Shown here: piece by piece, positions 27,111 to 40,196 of the stretch | Layout of the letters: every line of letters starts with the position of its first letter | Position numbering within the stretch: position 1 is the first letter of the stretch | Source: Octopus sinensis | Taxonomy: Eukaryota | DNA: 64,000 bases | Assembly (NCBI RefSeq): GCF_006345805.1 | Contig: NC_043005.1 | Location: 92,938,001-93,002,000, forward strand | Reading direction: 5' to 3' | Position numbers and translations under genes: made by a program | The notes under the pieces: model-generated | The model's input: the letters and a program-made list of their open reading frames with translations, nothing else | Database searches by the model: none | What the model was told of the DNA's origin: nothing

Positions 27111-27278
27111 TACATACAGTGGACGTTGTGATGAGTAGGAAGTCATCTCAACACACTAATATTTACACTTTAATTTTGTATTGAGTACTTCGTTTGTAAA
27201 CTCATACACGTAGATAGATTTGGTATTGCAAACGAAAAATAGAACCTAAAATACGAGTGTGTGTGTGTGTATTTCATC

Positions 27279-27390
27279 GGCAGAATTTAGAAAGTGAGTG
27301 AAGGGTGAGAATTTCTGCATGGTACTTAGCAAACTTGTTAAGTGCCCTGCACGAAGCTGTCGGCTCTTGAGTCACTTTGTAACTTCTGCC
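27279..27390. other. Imperfect ~112-nt hairpin (hairpin A)
   Basis: ggcagaatttagaaagtgagtgaagg..tgcatggtac pairs with gtgccctgca..cttgagtcactttgtaacttctgcc. Confidence 0.65.
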
Positions 27391-27819
27391 AAATGTGTGT
27401 GTGTGTATAGCATGGCTCAGACATTCCATACATTCTGCTGGTGTTCTGCAGTTTAACATTGATGGCATTTCAATTAGGATTTACTAGTACAATTTAACTT
27501 CTCACGATGTCAACCGCGCTTTTTTTTTTCCATGCATGGTCGGAAATATCACCAGCATAGATGTGATGCATCTGTCCAATTATTAGTACTACTAAGAGAT
27601 CAGATGAAGGCAAGGACGAGGGAAGAGATGCTTGAGAAATATGTTATATAGTAAATGTAATTATACGAATTATATCATAGCTGCATTATGTTTTTACTGT
27701 GCACACCCAGGTTGCCATTACGACCTTATCACATCCTCACACTTAGAGAAATGCATGCGCTTTTCTCTCTCTCTCTCTCTCTTTCTCTTTCTCACACACA
27801 CACACACACACACACAGCT

Positions 27820-27901
27820 GAAGTTGCAAAGTGACTCTTGGGCCGAGGGTTTGGTTAGTGCCGTGACCGAAACTCTCGGTTTTGAGTCACTTTGCAACTT
27901 C
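27820..27901. other. 82-nt hairpin (hairpin B), paralog of hairpin A; candidate pre-miRNA or palindromic MITE relic
   Basis: Perfect 18-bp gaagttgcaaagtgactc/gagtcactttgcaacttc plus inner ccgagggtttggt/accgaaactctcgg. Confidence 0.7.
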
Positions 27902-28498
27902 CCCGATTAAAATATAATATATACTTTCATGTTTTTAGTTTTATTTATCCTGTTTGCATTCTCAAACCTCTCTATGTGTAAGATAACTTAGATATAGATG
28001 TTTCGGCCAAAGATTGGCCCTCACCATGTCTAACTGAATATAGTACCACTTCACTCTCTCTCTCAGATCCTATTTAGCAGAACAAACCTACGTAAAGATA
28101 TCTAATAAAAAAAAAAAATTTTTTCTCCTTAATCCTGAATTTGAAACTCAATCATTGTAACGAATTTAGGAGGAAAAAAAATGTTTTATGAGGGTTACAC
28201 AAAACGTATGACTGGTTTGTTGTAAGATTTCTGTGAAAAGCATTCAAAATGTTGGAGTGGCCACGGATTTCAGTAACATTTCATGATCTAAATTATGCAC
28301 GCACTCCCAGCTCTCTACACATAATGTCTTCCTCTAATGTTCAAACTTGCTGTCGCAAAATATAAGCGCGCACTTTACCTCATTTGAATGTTTTTTGTTT
28401 TTACTTTTTCAATTTATTATCCTGGAACCTCTGAATCGGAAGACCTGTTATAATAAATATACTAAATACTGACTGACATCGTAGGTTGTTCAAATTTT

Positions 28499-29004
28499 GG
28501 ATCTTTTCGGTTTGAATGGCAGTTTTTAACATAATTTCTAGGTAACTAAAAAATGTTAAACTTCGTATAATGGTAGAATGTGTTTATAAAACTTTTTCTC
28601 TTGGCTTTCTTGAGAAAATTCGGCGATCTTTCGTTTGTAGTAGCACGTTTCCGTCGATGATTTCCGTAAAAAACTATTATTTTTTTTACATATGGGCTTG
28701 CGGGAACATTTGAAGTAATGAGAGCAAAAGAGACTAAGAGGAAGCGATTTTATGACGAGGGAATTTCTTTTGAAGTTACCGAAGCATTGATGTACATGTG
28801 TGTGTGTGTGTGTTTGATGGGGTGTGGGAGACAGACAGTATGTTGTGTAAGTGAAGTGCTTCTGTTAGTGTGTGTGAAGAGACTGAGAGTAATGTGTGAA
28901 AGAGAGAGATAACTGAAATTTTTTACTCGGTGTATGTGTATATGTATGTATGCATGTATGTGTATGTATCTATCTATGTATGTGTGTGTGTATGTATCTA
29001 TGTA

Positions 29005-29036
<32 letters not shown>

Positions 29037-29682
29037 GCCGATTCAGTGTAATTTTTTACTCGGTGTATGTGTATATGTATGTCTGAATGTATGTGTGTGT
29101 GTGTGTAAGTATGTCTGCATGTGTGTGTGTGTGTGTGTAAGTATGTCTGCATGTATGTGTGTGTGTGTATGTATGTATGTATGGTCGATTCAGTGTAATT
29201 TTTTACTCGGTGTATGTGTATATGTGCTTCGGTAACTTCAAAAGAAATTCCCTCGTCATAAAATCGCTTCCTCTTAGTCTCTTTCGCTCTCATTACTTCA
29301 AATGTTCCCGCAAGCCCATATGTAAAAAAATAAAAGTTTTTTACGGAAATCATCGACGGAAACGTGCTACTACAAACGAAAGATCGCCGAAAATTCTATG
29401 GTTTGTAAGATATTTGTTGTTTTTTTCTTCAATTTCTGCAATTTCAACCAATCAATGACCGTCTATTGAGGTGAAAGCATTCTGTGCCGTATGAATATTT
29501 CCCTCGTTTAAGAAACAGATTGGGTTTATTTACATTTCTGAAGAAAAAAAGATACCCTTCCCCCCACCCCTAACCCTAAAACAGATTGAAATGCAATAGA
29601 TCGATACTAGTGTCATAATTATGGGTGACAATTTCATATGACACCGCTAGAAAAAACTGCCGTTCAAACCGAAAGGATCGCC
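28499..29682. mobile_element. MITE with (GGCG)ATCYTTTCGGTTTGAA termini (outer; ~410 bp without the insert)
   Basis: ggatcttttcggtttgaatggcagttttt at left, aaaactgccgttcaaaccgaaaggatcgcc at right. Confidence 0.8.
28622..29388. mobile_element. Young Merlin-like non-autonomous element, ~165-bp TIRs, 8-bp TSD GAAAATTC
   Basis: TIR 28622-28786 / 29225-29388 nearly identical, starting GGCGATC; gaaaattc at 28614-28621 and 29389-29396. Confidence 0.85.
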
Positions 29683-31772
29683 AATTTGTTTTTATAGAAG
29701 CCCATTCATTACACGTAATATTTATTTGCTAAGTTGTCGGGAGATGTACGTTTTAAATGCTCTTCACGTCTAGAATAAAACGGAAGCAGCTTTTACAAAT
29801 AAATAGCAACGTTCGTTGTTTTTTGTTTTTTTTTCGTGGTTTCAGACATTGAACTGCACGCATGCTGGGCAACCCTTGAGGAATTTAGTCGAACACCACC
29901 CCAATCCCAAGTACTTATTCTACAGATGCATTTCGCCAAACTGCTAAGTTATAGGGATATAAACCAACCAACGCTGCCTTTGAAATGGTGTGAGGACAAA
30001 CAGAGACACATATATTATAGTCTTCCATGTATGAGTCTCGTTCATTCAGTTGGTGGAACTGAAAGAACACCAGACTGGATGCCTTGCAATATTTGTCACA
30101 GGTTCTTTACATTTCTGTTCAAATACTACCAATGTCTACTTCCAATTTTGCTGAGGTCAACTTTGTCTTTCAACCTTTCAGGGTTGATTAAAAAGTACCA
30201 ATCCCAGAGTGGTAGATTGATGGAGCTGTAAGGACAGGTGCCTTGCAGTGTCCACTTTTTGTATTCTGAATTAAAATCGTACTGTCTATTTGAGTGATAG
30301 ACTTAACCCATTTCTTGGCTTAACATCACCACTTGACACCTTGGAGGCCTCTTGAGGTGTCCACTTCGCAAGCATTTGGGTTAGGTCTCTAGTTTGAGAA
30401 TATTTACCTACCTCCTTCCCAATGACTTCATAGGTCCTGTAGAATGGATCCATGTTTTTATCCAATGTATATGTTTAAGGCAGTCAGGTATGAACTGAGA
30501 GAAATTTGACCATTTGTGACAGGTCAAATGACCATATAGAGGTTCTCTTGTTTGATGTGGAATGATAATGGTCGCTAATCAATCTATAGGCTAGTCTAGC
30601 AACCCACATGAGACCACTGCTAGATCTATGTTAGAAATTCCTTGTTTTAAAGTGAACTAAATTAAAACCATTTTATGTTAATTTCTGTTCCAAACTCCAT
30701 CATAATAACAACAAACTTACTTCAATAGATTCTTCATTATTTTCAAAATTAATTGAATTACAGGCAAGTAATAAAAGAGTATCAAGCTCTTCCGAGAGGT
30801 TGGTTCTAACCTCACTGCCTCCATGATCTTTATGGAGTGCTTCAGTGTAGCCTCAGCCTGTTACTAGAACAAGTGAAAGAACAACAGCAATCTTTATCTT
30901 GAACATCAGCACCACAGGTTTAAAGCTAGGAAAACTAGATGAGATGGTCACAGCTGGGGAGTTACCTCAACGAGCTCGCCCTTTAGCATGCTGTCTATGA
31001 ATATTTCAATTTTAAAATGGAGTCAACTCATGATGGCACAGAAAAATAAAACATTTAAAATGTAAGCAAAAAGAAAAAATATCTTAACGCTCATTAAATA
31101 TGTTATGAATTTTGAGAACTCTTTGGAAGCTTTCATGTCAACTTCTATCAGTTGAACACATGTGGATGGCTGGTTAGGGTGTTAGGCTCTTGATTATCAA
31201 ATTGTGCATGGTTCTATATGTGTGTGTGTGTATGGGTCTGTGTATGTGTGTTTTATATTTAGCAGGGTGGTGCATGTATATGTGTGCACATCTATGTGTG
31301 TGTGATTTGTATTTGTCAGGGTGTAATGTGTTTGTGTGTATGTTTGTTCGCGTGTGTGTGTATATGTACGTCTGTGTGTGTGCTGTGTTGGTGAGGGTGG
31401 TATGTGCATGCACACACACACTCACACCATCTTGAGCTCTAAGACCAGTCCCAAAACCACTGAACCATGACAGACTATCCCAGAAACAAAAAATCCTTTT
31501 GATTCCACAAATTATGTGAATGCTTTCCCCCACCAACCAACCTCCCACACTGTTTCCAAAAATAGCAACCATCAAAACTATTTAAACACAAGCCCCTCTT
31601 AACATGTTCTTATCATTGTCAAAGACCTTGTATCTATGATAACCATTTTTTTAACACAACAAAGGCTACACAAAGCCTTACATTTTACTTTTGAAAATGT
31701 TTGTTAAAAAAAGTGAAACCAGTCAAGTCAATAAACATCTTTAAAAGTCCTCTGCATTTTCAAATTCTCTTT

Positions 31773-31819
<47 letters not shown>

Positions 31820-32567
31820 CCAATTTAGGTTAGTTGAAAGATGTTTGTCACATGTTTCAACTGCTAAAGGCAAATACACTGCAGTTACTGTGGAGAAAAA
31901 TTCTCTCTTATGGTAAAAAGATGTGAAAACAGCCTGTTTGTTCAATGTCACCCTCTCTTGGGAATCTGAGACATCGATGTTTTGAGTTTGTTGATTCTTG
32001 TCGATCAGAGGGGCAACTCTGAACGAACTGACAAAGATTAGAGCTTTATATATAATTCAGTCAACACATTGACTGATTTGCACTAGTAGATTGCCCAATC
32101 AAGAGAAATATCAGAGTAAATGTGCTAAGCAGTGTTAATGTATAATCACAATTTGCCTTTAGCAGTTGAAATATGTGACAAACATATTTCAACTAACTTA
32201 AATTGTGATTAGCGCATTTACTCCAATATATATATAATGTGTTTTAAGAAGTTCACTTTGCAATGACGTGGATTCAGGTTTGGATCCATTATGTGGCATC
32301 TTGTGTATTGTTTGTCTCTTCTCTTGTAGCTGAGACTCACCAATGTTTTGTGAATGAAGTTGGTTAAATGCCTGTTGTGTCTGCATGTATGTATATTTCT
32401 TTACATTGGCACCGTCTTTGCTCATGTCTGATAACTTATCTTGTTTGTTCTCCATTTGTCAAACCAATAAGTACTGGATTTAAAAGTAAATGCTGGGGTT
32501 TATATGGTTGACTAAAACTTTTCAAAGCAATATTCGAGTATGGCTGCAGTTAGATGACTGAATAGAA

Positions 32568-32615
<48 letters not shown>

Positions 32616-32624
32616 TGAGTATGT

Positions 32625-32800
32625 TAAGGCAGTGAACAGGCAGAACCGTTGGCACACTGTACTGGATAAAATGCTTAGCAGTATTTCATTCATCTCTGCA
32701 TTCTAATTAGAAATTCTGCTGAGGTCAGTTTTGCCTTTACTCCTGTCAGGGTCAGTGAATACCAACGAAATACTGGGGTCGATCAAGTAGCTCCTTCCCT
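32625..32800 (+). mobile_element. tRNA-headed SINE (family 3, Deu/Nin-like central domain), diverged; further fragments ~26190-26270, 30130-30230, 59710-59800, 60440-60810, 61960-62150
   Basis: aaatgcttagcagtatt..aattctgctgaggtcagttttgcctttactcctgtcagggtc..tactggggtcgat. Confidence 0.55.
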
Positions 32801-33349
32801 TGAAATTTCAGCCTTCTTTGAAAAATCTCATATGACTTTATTGTAACTTAAAGTATTTGAAAATATTCATCATAAGTTAGGTGATGCCCCAACATGGCCA
32901 CAGTCTAATGACTGAAACAAGTAAAGAGTAAAGGATATTGTGTAAGAAGCACAATTTTTATCAATGCCTAGATTTTTAGTAGAATCAAGCTTTAAACTTT
33001 GTTGTGCAGGGTGTGTGTGTCTGTGTTTTTGTGGATAGACATTGAGACTGGCTTTTCTGTTGTCCATGCTCCATTAAATACATGACTATATTCTAGTTTT
33101 ATCTTTTTATATATTATTCATATTGTCTTATTAGCTGTTTGGAACAATAGCATTCCTAAATCCATATCTCGTTTTCAAGAACTGAATTGAATATATTTGG
33201 CACCTGTGTTGCTTTTTTTTTTATATATCATTGAATTTGTGTAGACTTTCCTGCCATAGGATTTTTGACCGTTAATGTGTGTGTGTACACACACAAACCT
33301 ACATGTACATTGACATATGCACATATACACACATATACACACAGTCCAC

Positions 33350-33548
33350 TCAGCTGGCAAAAATGAGTTGTACTTGTATTTCAAAGGGTCAGCCTTGTCA
33401 CTCTCTGTGTCACGCTGATTATCCCCGAGAACTACGTTAAGGGTACACGTGTCTGTGGAATGCTCAGCCATTTGCACGTTAATTTCACGAGCAAGCTGTT
33501 CCGTTGATCGTATCAGCTGGGACCCTCGTCGTCGTAACCGGCGGAGTC
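33350..33548 (+). mobile_element. tRNA-derived SINE (family 1), 3' half
   Basis: Reverse complement of 521-720 (gtgtcacgctga..gaactacgttaagggtacacgtgtctgtgga..gtcgtaaccggcggagt). Confidence 0.8.
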
Positions 33549-35231
33549 TTTTTAATATACACACATGCTTGTTCTTAACTATCATTCATTGTTCATTTTA
33601 TGCCGGGCCTGTGCTGGTACAGTCATCATCATTACATGCATGTATCGGCACAGCTTTTAATCCAATGCTCAGCTTGTTTTCCAGCTGTCTTGATGTAGGT
33701 CAAAAGTACATGGCAATCTATGATGCAGTTTGAATGTATAAAGATGGAGAAAAAAAACCGACATGAGCATGGTGCATAAGATTAAACCCCACTCTTTCTA
33801 TCCATCTCCTGCATATCTTCCTCTTTCAGTACCATGGTAACAGCAACACCAGAGTTTTCACAAATATTTCATGTATGCCTTTCACATGAATTGAGAAACC
33901 CTCAATTGCAGTTCCTTGGACTAAAAACTCATCCCTGAGTTTAGCAGGTCATTGATAGTCCTGTAAGACATTAACAAAACACCTTGCACTTTGCAGTGAC
34001 ATCGGTCTACATTTTGAGTTAAAAACTGGACAAAGTTGACTTGTTTCCTTTCTTCCCTCATTGATAAAATTAAATACTTGTTTCAGTGTTCACCTGTCTG
34101 AACATGTGTGTCATTTGGTATGCCATCATTGCTGTGTGATTGTAAGAATCTCCCTTTCCTTTTTTACAATGTTTCTCATCGGGAATGGGGCTATGAGGAT
34201 TACAAGAATGAAATCAAATTGCCATCTTTAATAAATTAAAGCTAGTTTCCAACTTCTTAAACCCGTGTTACCATGATGGAGAAAGAATTATATGGATGTA
34301 AACTATACTGTAGTTTCTCAACAATAAAGAGTGGGGAGGGTGCCAAAAAAATTTCCCTAACATTTTAGGTGAGTGCTGCCTGCTATTTTTCATTGAAAAA
34401 TATCTGAATGAGCAGCTGCTTATTATCTCATCGTGTATTCTTGGGTTCTGAGTTCAATTTCTGCTTTCATCTTTCACCCCCATTGCAGTTTATAAGCACT
34501 AATCAATGGACAATTTTTCTTGTATTGAAAATAAATCTTTTTTCTTTAAGATGTAATTTGCGAATATTCTGAAAGGGAAATTATCCAAGTATTTGCAAAA
34601 ACATTTATTATTGTTATGATATCCATGCTAAAGGCTTATTTCAGTGTCTTTTCAGTGTTTTTTCGACCTGGATGTTTTTTGTGCTCTTCTCTATCTTATA
34701 TACATAATTCAGACATTACTCTGTATTGTTGCATTGTTGTTTGACTAGCTTAACAAAAGACTTGTTTGCATTATGATGATATTAGTTTTGCCAACATAAC
34801 AAAATATTTCTTCTGAGCATGAATACACACTCCCACACACACACAAATACAAAGAACCACATACACACAAAATAGTGTATGTTCTATTTTATATTTGCTC
34901 ATCAAGAAAAAAAAAATATGCAAAAATAAAATTTCATTCAAAAATATTACTTCATTCAAAAACACTAGTCATATTTCATTCTAAAGATTATTGCTGTAGG
35001 CAAAGATAAGATATCATTCATATTTTATTTATTTTGTTCAAAATTATTCCCTTTTATATTTGGTTTTATCTTTTTATTGTTGAGATTTGTTGTTAATCAG
35101 TGAAATTCAGTTCTATATTGAAAAACTAAATGGAAATGATGTGCTTTTCTTTTTACCCTGTGCAACTATTTTAAATGCTATTTATATAATTTTGTTTTTG
35201 ACATATATATGTGTGTATATCTATCTATCTA

Positions 35232-35264
<33 letters not shown>

Positions 35265-35272
35265 CGGGAAGC

Positions 35273-35322
<50 letters not shown>

Positions 35323-36958
35323 ACACACACACACACACTTTCTAATCTAGGAGAGCTCTATCTCTTGTATTCCCCCGTTTGCACTCACTCCAATATGTAT
35401 CTATAAGAATGTTTGTATCTAGTCATGGTTATGTGTGTTTTTGTCTTGTTATCCCACAAAAGCCTCCCATTTATTAATTAGGCTGAAACTTATTTCTTTA
35501 TTCTGGAACATTCAGTAAAAACAAGAAATAAAAATACAAAAACAACCCTTTGGTTGCAGGGTTTCCAGAAAGGGCAAAGAAAATAGAGGCATGTAGGATT
35601 AGGAGTTTTCATGATTTCTGAATGGCAAATTCAGAAATCTACCCGTGTTGTTCCTCCACCTCTCTGTCTCTCCTCACAAACACCTGATTACATGCATAAA
35701 GCCCATTTGGATGACTAAATTGACCTCTGAATATACCTGGTACTTGTTTCTTCTACCCAGTAATATCTACATGGTATATAGTAAGCACAAAAAGAGCAAA
35801 TGTATACCAAGTAAAGACATTAGGATTTATGCACACATTTTGAATTAAAGCAGTTGGTCACCAGTGAAAAACTTACTGTCTCTTCATATATTTGTCTTTG
35901 AGTGCTCTCATAATAATTATTATAAATGTCCTTTTAGATTATAGATGGTTATGAATACAAGCTATGACTGCAAATTACTTGGGGAAAGAAAACAAAACTT
36001 ACTGGGTATGGGGGTAGGCCAGGGCAGTTGATAGTAAGGGGCTGTTTTAATTTCACAATCCTTATTACTCACGAAAACAAACCACATTTTAGTAATATTT
36101 CTTCCAAAGTTAATAGTCTCTTCTTTTATAATTGTCTGAGTAATTTATTTTCAGTGATATCTTCTTTATAACCTACTTAAGCTCCAGACTCCAGAGAAAG
36201 AGAGAAAAAGTGTGTGTGTGTGTGTGGGGGTAAGACATGGAGAAATTGGTGTATTTCTGAAAAGAAGATAATATAGAAGAACAGAGAATTGTCACGAAGG
36301 GAGGCAACTTGAAGGGAAATGGCCTTAGGTTGAATCAAAATAATTTTTCTCTGCAGTAGATTATGAAATAAATTTTATCAAATCCAGCCTAAGCATTTAT
36401 TTGGTAGTCATTCATGTTAACTTGCCTTCTGATCAGTCAATTAGTCTCGGAAGTGTACAAGATGCCACAGGAAAAGAGTTCTTACATAATTAATCTAGGT
36501 TCTTTGACAAAGGGTGTATTGTAATTTTCACCATATCTTAGAACGCTACATGGAATGCTTCTTACATTGCAGAAGCAATAACATTGTGAAGCTAATTTTG
36601 TGTTTCTTCCGCTTCTTCAGAGACTAAAAGTTTGTATTGTAAACATTGTGCCCAATTTGCTGGTACAAAATTGAAGAGCAACCGAAAATTATTGGATTGC
36701 AACGAGATTCACATCTCAGGAATTCTTATGCAAGTGGTATATACGGCTAGTTTGCTTCTCATTATATCCTTGCATTTATATATAAATATATGTAAAGTGT
36801 ACCCACACACACACATTCACAATGAGTAGTTGTAGCAGTATCAATCAATGCTTCAGTGACATGCTTAACTTTTACAGACCTGCGTATATCTATGTAAGCC
36901 AATGGAAAATTCAGAACTCCAGTAGCTGTGTGTGTGTGTGTGTGTGTTTATTTATATA

Positions 36959-36997
<39 letters not shown>

Positions 36998-36999
<2 letters not shown>

Positions 37000-37270
37000 T
37001 TATAAAATAAGGGCAAAAGAAAATTCTAATGCCAAATATGTCGGAAAAAAAACAAATATGTCAATAACCATTATAATTTATGCGTCTTGAAACATGCCCA
37101 TAGAAATTTCTAAAAAATTCCGTTATTACTGTATTGGTCCCAATTTCGGGGTTAATTCATAAGAATTTTCCCTTTGTCAGCGATAAATACATAAGACATA
37201 AATGAAATACTTACTCATACTTTCGGCATATTTAGCATTAGAATTTTTCTTTTGCCCTTATTTTATAAGT
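36998..37270. mobile_element. 273-bp AT-rich element with ~50-bp terminal inverted repeats (copy 2 at ~38259-38530)
   Basis: acttataaaataagggcaaaagaaaattctaatgccaaatatg / catatttagcattagaatttttcttttgcccttattttataagt. Confidence 0.7.
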
Positions 37271-37299
37271 TATTTATAAATTTAACCTTTAAAAGTACT

Positions 37300-38118
37300 T
37301 TTAACACGCACATAGTGAGCGGTGTTCCACAGGGCACTGTTCTGGGACCACTACTGTTCATAATGGCCCTCTCAGACATGCCCTCCGCCACGCAGAGAGC
37401 CACGATCACAAGTTATGCAGATGATACAAAAGTTTCACAGGCAATACAGAACCCTGAAGACACTAAGCACCTGCAATGTGAGCTGGACAAAATATACAAG
37501 TAGACTGAAAAGAATAGCATGCAGTTCAATGCTGAAAAGTTTCAAGCTTTATACTATCAGCATACAAAACTATATGCAATACCCAATAAATACACTGGAC
37601 CTGGAGGAATTGCAATCCCAGAGGCACAATCAGTGCGAGACCTGGGTATTTACATGAGTGATGATGCAACCTTTCATGTGCATGTTGCTAAATTGGCAAT
37701 GAAATGTAGACGGCTGGCTGGATGGATTCTTAGAACCTTTAGAACAAGAGACCAGGAAACCATGATGGTCCTCTGGAGGACACATGTCCTAAGCCACTTG
37801 ACTATTGCTCTCAACTATGGTCACCATCCAGTGTCAAGTTGATCACAGAACTTGAGGCGATCCAATGAAGCTACACGAAGAAGATAGCCTCTGTGCAGCA
37901 TATAAGCTATTGGGAAAGACTCAAGAGATTAAGACTCTATTCCTTAGAGCGCAGGCGAGAAAGATATGCCATAATATACATCTGGAAGATCCTAGAAGGA
38001 CTTGTCCCAAACTTTGGCATCGAGAGTTACACAAATGCCAGAACTGGGCGCCACTGCGTGGTGCCAAGGACTCCAAATTTGCCATCAAGATGTAGGACAA
38101 GATACTGTGATAGCCTAT
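37300..38118 (+). mobile_element. CR1-type LINE RT C-terminal fragment (copy 1)
   Basis: [37 protein letters not shown]; in-frame stops. Confidence 0.9.
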
Positions 38119-38151
38119 ATATGTATGTATGTATATGTATATATATGTATG

Positions 38152-38184
<33 letters not shown>

Positions 38185-38207
38185 ATGTATATATATGTAT
38201 GCATATG

Positions 38208-38260
<53 letters not shown>

Positions 38261-38559
38261 TTATAAAATAAGGGCAAAAGAAAATTCTAATGCCAAATAT
38301 GTCGGAAAAAAAACAAATATGTCAATAACCATTATAATTTATGCGTCTTGAAACATGCCCATAGAAATTTCTAAAAAATTCCGTTATTACTGTATTGGTC
38401 CCAATTTCGGGGTTAATTCATAAGAATTTTCCCTTTGTCAGCGATAAATACATAAGACATAAATGAAATACTTACTCATACTTTCGGCATATTAGCATTA
38501 GAATTTTTCTTTTGCCCTTATTTTATAAGTTATTTATAAATTTAACCTTTAAAAGTACT

Positions 38560-39379
38560 TTTAACACGCACATAGTGAGCGGTGTTCCACAGGGCACTGT
38601 TCTGGGACCACTACTGTTCATAATGGCCCTCTCAGACATGCCCTCCGCCACGCAGAGAGCCACGATCACAAGTTATGCAGATGATACAAAAGTTTCACAG
38701 GCAATACAGAACCCTGAAGACACTAAGCACCTGCAATGTGAGCTGGACAAAATATACAAGTAGACTGAAAAGAATAGCATGCAGTTCAATGCTGAAAAGT
38801 TTCAAGCTTTATACTATCAGCATACAAAACTATATGCAATACCCAATAAATACACTGGACCTGGAGGAATTGCAATCCCAGAGGCACAATCAGTGCGAGA
38901 CCTGGGTATTTACATGAGTGATGATGCAACCTTTCATGTGCATGTTGCTAAATTGGCAATGAAATGTAGACGGCTGGCTGGATGGATTCTTAGAACCTTT
39001 AGAACAAGAGACCAGGAAACCATGATGGTCCTCTGGAGGACACATGTCCTAAGCCACTTTGACTATTGCTCTCAACTATGGTCACCATCCAGTGTCAAGT
39101 TGATCACAGAACTTGAGGCGATCCAATGAAGCTACACGAAGAAGATAGCCTCTGTGCAGCATATAAGCTATTGGGAAAGACTCAAGAGATTAAGACTCTA
39201 TTCCTTAGAGCGCAGGCGAGAAAGATATGCCATAATATACATCTGGAAGATCCTAGAAGGACTTGTCCCAAACTTTGGCATCGAGAGTTACACAAATGCC
39301 AGAACTGGGCGCCACTGCGTGGTGCCAAGGACTCCAAATTTGCCATCAAGATGTAGGACAAGATACTGTGATAGCCTAT
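38560..39379 (+). mobile_element. CR1-type LINE RT C-terminal fragment (copy 2)
   Basis: Duplicate of copy 1 with the same stops. Confidence 0.9.
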
Positions 39380-39456
39380 ATATGTATGTATATATATATA
39401 TATGTATGTATATATATATATATGTATGTATGTATATGTATATATATGTATGTATG

Positions 39457-39507
<51 letters not shown>

Positions 39508-39516
39508 ATATATATA

Positions 39517-39865
39517 TCATCATTGTTGTTTAATGTCCGGTTTCCGTGCTGGCACAGGTTGGATGGTTTGTAATTAGTGCTGGCAAACCAGAAGGCTGCA
39601 CCAAGGTCCAGTCCGATCTGGCAATATTTCTACAGCTGGATGCCCTTCCTAATGTCAACCACTCTTGAGAGTGTAGTGGGTGCTTTTTAGTGGCATTGGC
39701 CATGCTTGAATGGTGCTCTTTATGTGCCACCTGCACAGGAGCCAGCAAAGCAGCACTGGAAACAACTATACTCAAATGGTGCTTTTTACGAGCCACCAGC
39801 ATGGGACCAGTCAGCCGGCACTGGCAACGTTCACGCTCGAATGGTGCTTTTTATGTGCCGACATT
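39517..39865 (-). mobile_element. RTE 3' UTR/tail fragment with ~60-bp subrepeats
   Basis: tcatcattg..ttctacagctggatgcccttcctaat..gtgtagtgggtgc; repeated gaatggtgctYtttaYgtgcc. Confidence 0.75.
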
Positions 39866-40196
39866 TTAATGCTTTCATTATGTTTTAAATCTGTTAAAAT
39901 TCTTTGTATGTCCCTCCATGAAGATATTCTCATTTGCAGTAATTAACTAAATTAATTTGGTTGATTTTATGCTGTAAGTGATGAATTGAAACAATTGTAG
40001 GTCCGGTCTTGTCAATTTGTTGATAAATTTTTAATAATCTTATCTCCATCTTATCTCTTAGTTTTTAATATTAATAATATATATGTATGTGTGTGTGTGC
40101 ACAGATATATGTGTGTGTGTTTATGTATATATGTAACATATGGTATAATTATAAACAGGGCAAATTTTAGCCATTTCTCCACAGACTGAAAAAAAA

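Larger units (their letters stand above)
36995..39379 (+). repeat. Near-identical tandem duplication, period 1261 bp
   Basis: 36995-38118 repeats at 38256-39379; only two 1-nt homopolymer indels seen outside the microsatellite. Confidence 0.95.

Noticed and set aside
28915-29225. Three spaced copies of a ~27-bp unit resembling a CRISPR array
   Set aside because: Spacers are microsatellite, the context is a eukaryotic MITE interior, and there are no cas genes
29560-29582. ccctaaccctaa telomere-like motif
   Set aside because: Only about two units, internal to a MITE; not a telomeric array
31965-32025. Hammerhead-like pieces on minus strand (ctgatcga ... aaacatcgatgtc)
   Set aside because: Core boxes are imperfect and there is no helix II pairing
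36595-36625. CUGAAGA...GAAAC on minus strand (also CTGAAGA-ggtt/aacc at 57839)
   Set aside because: The first has no helix II; the second lacks GAAA after the helix
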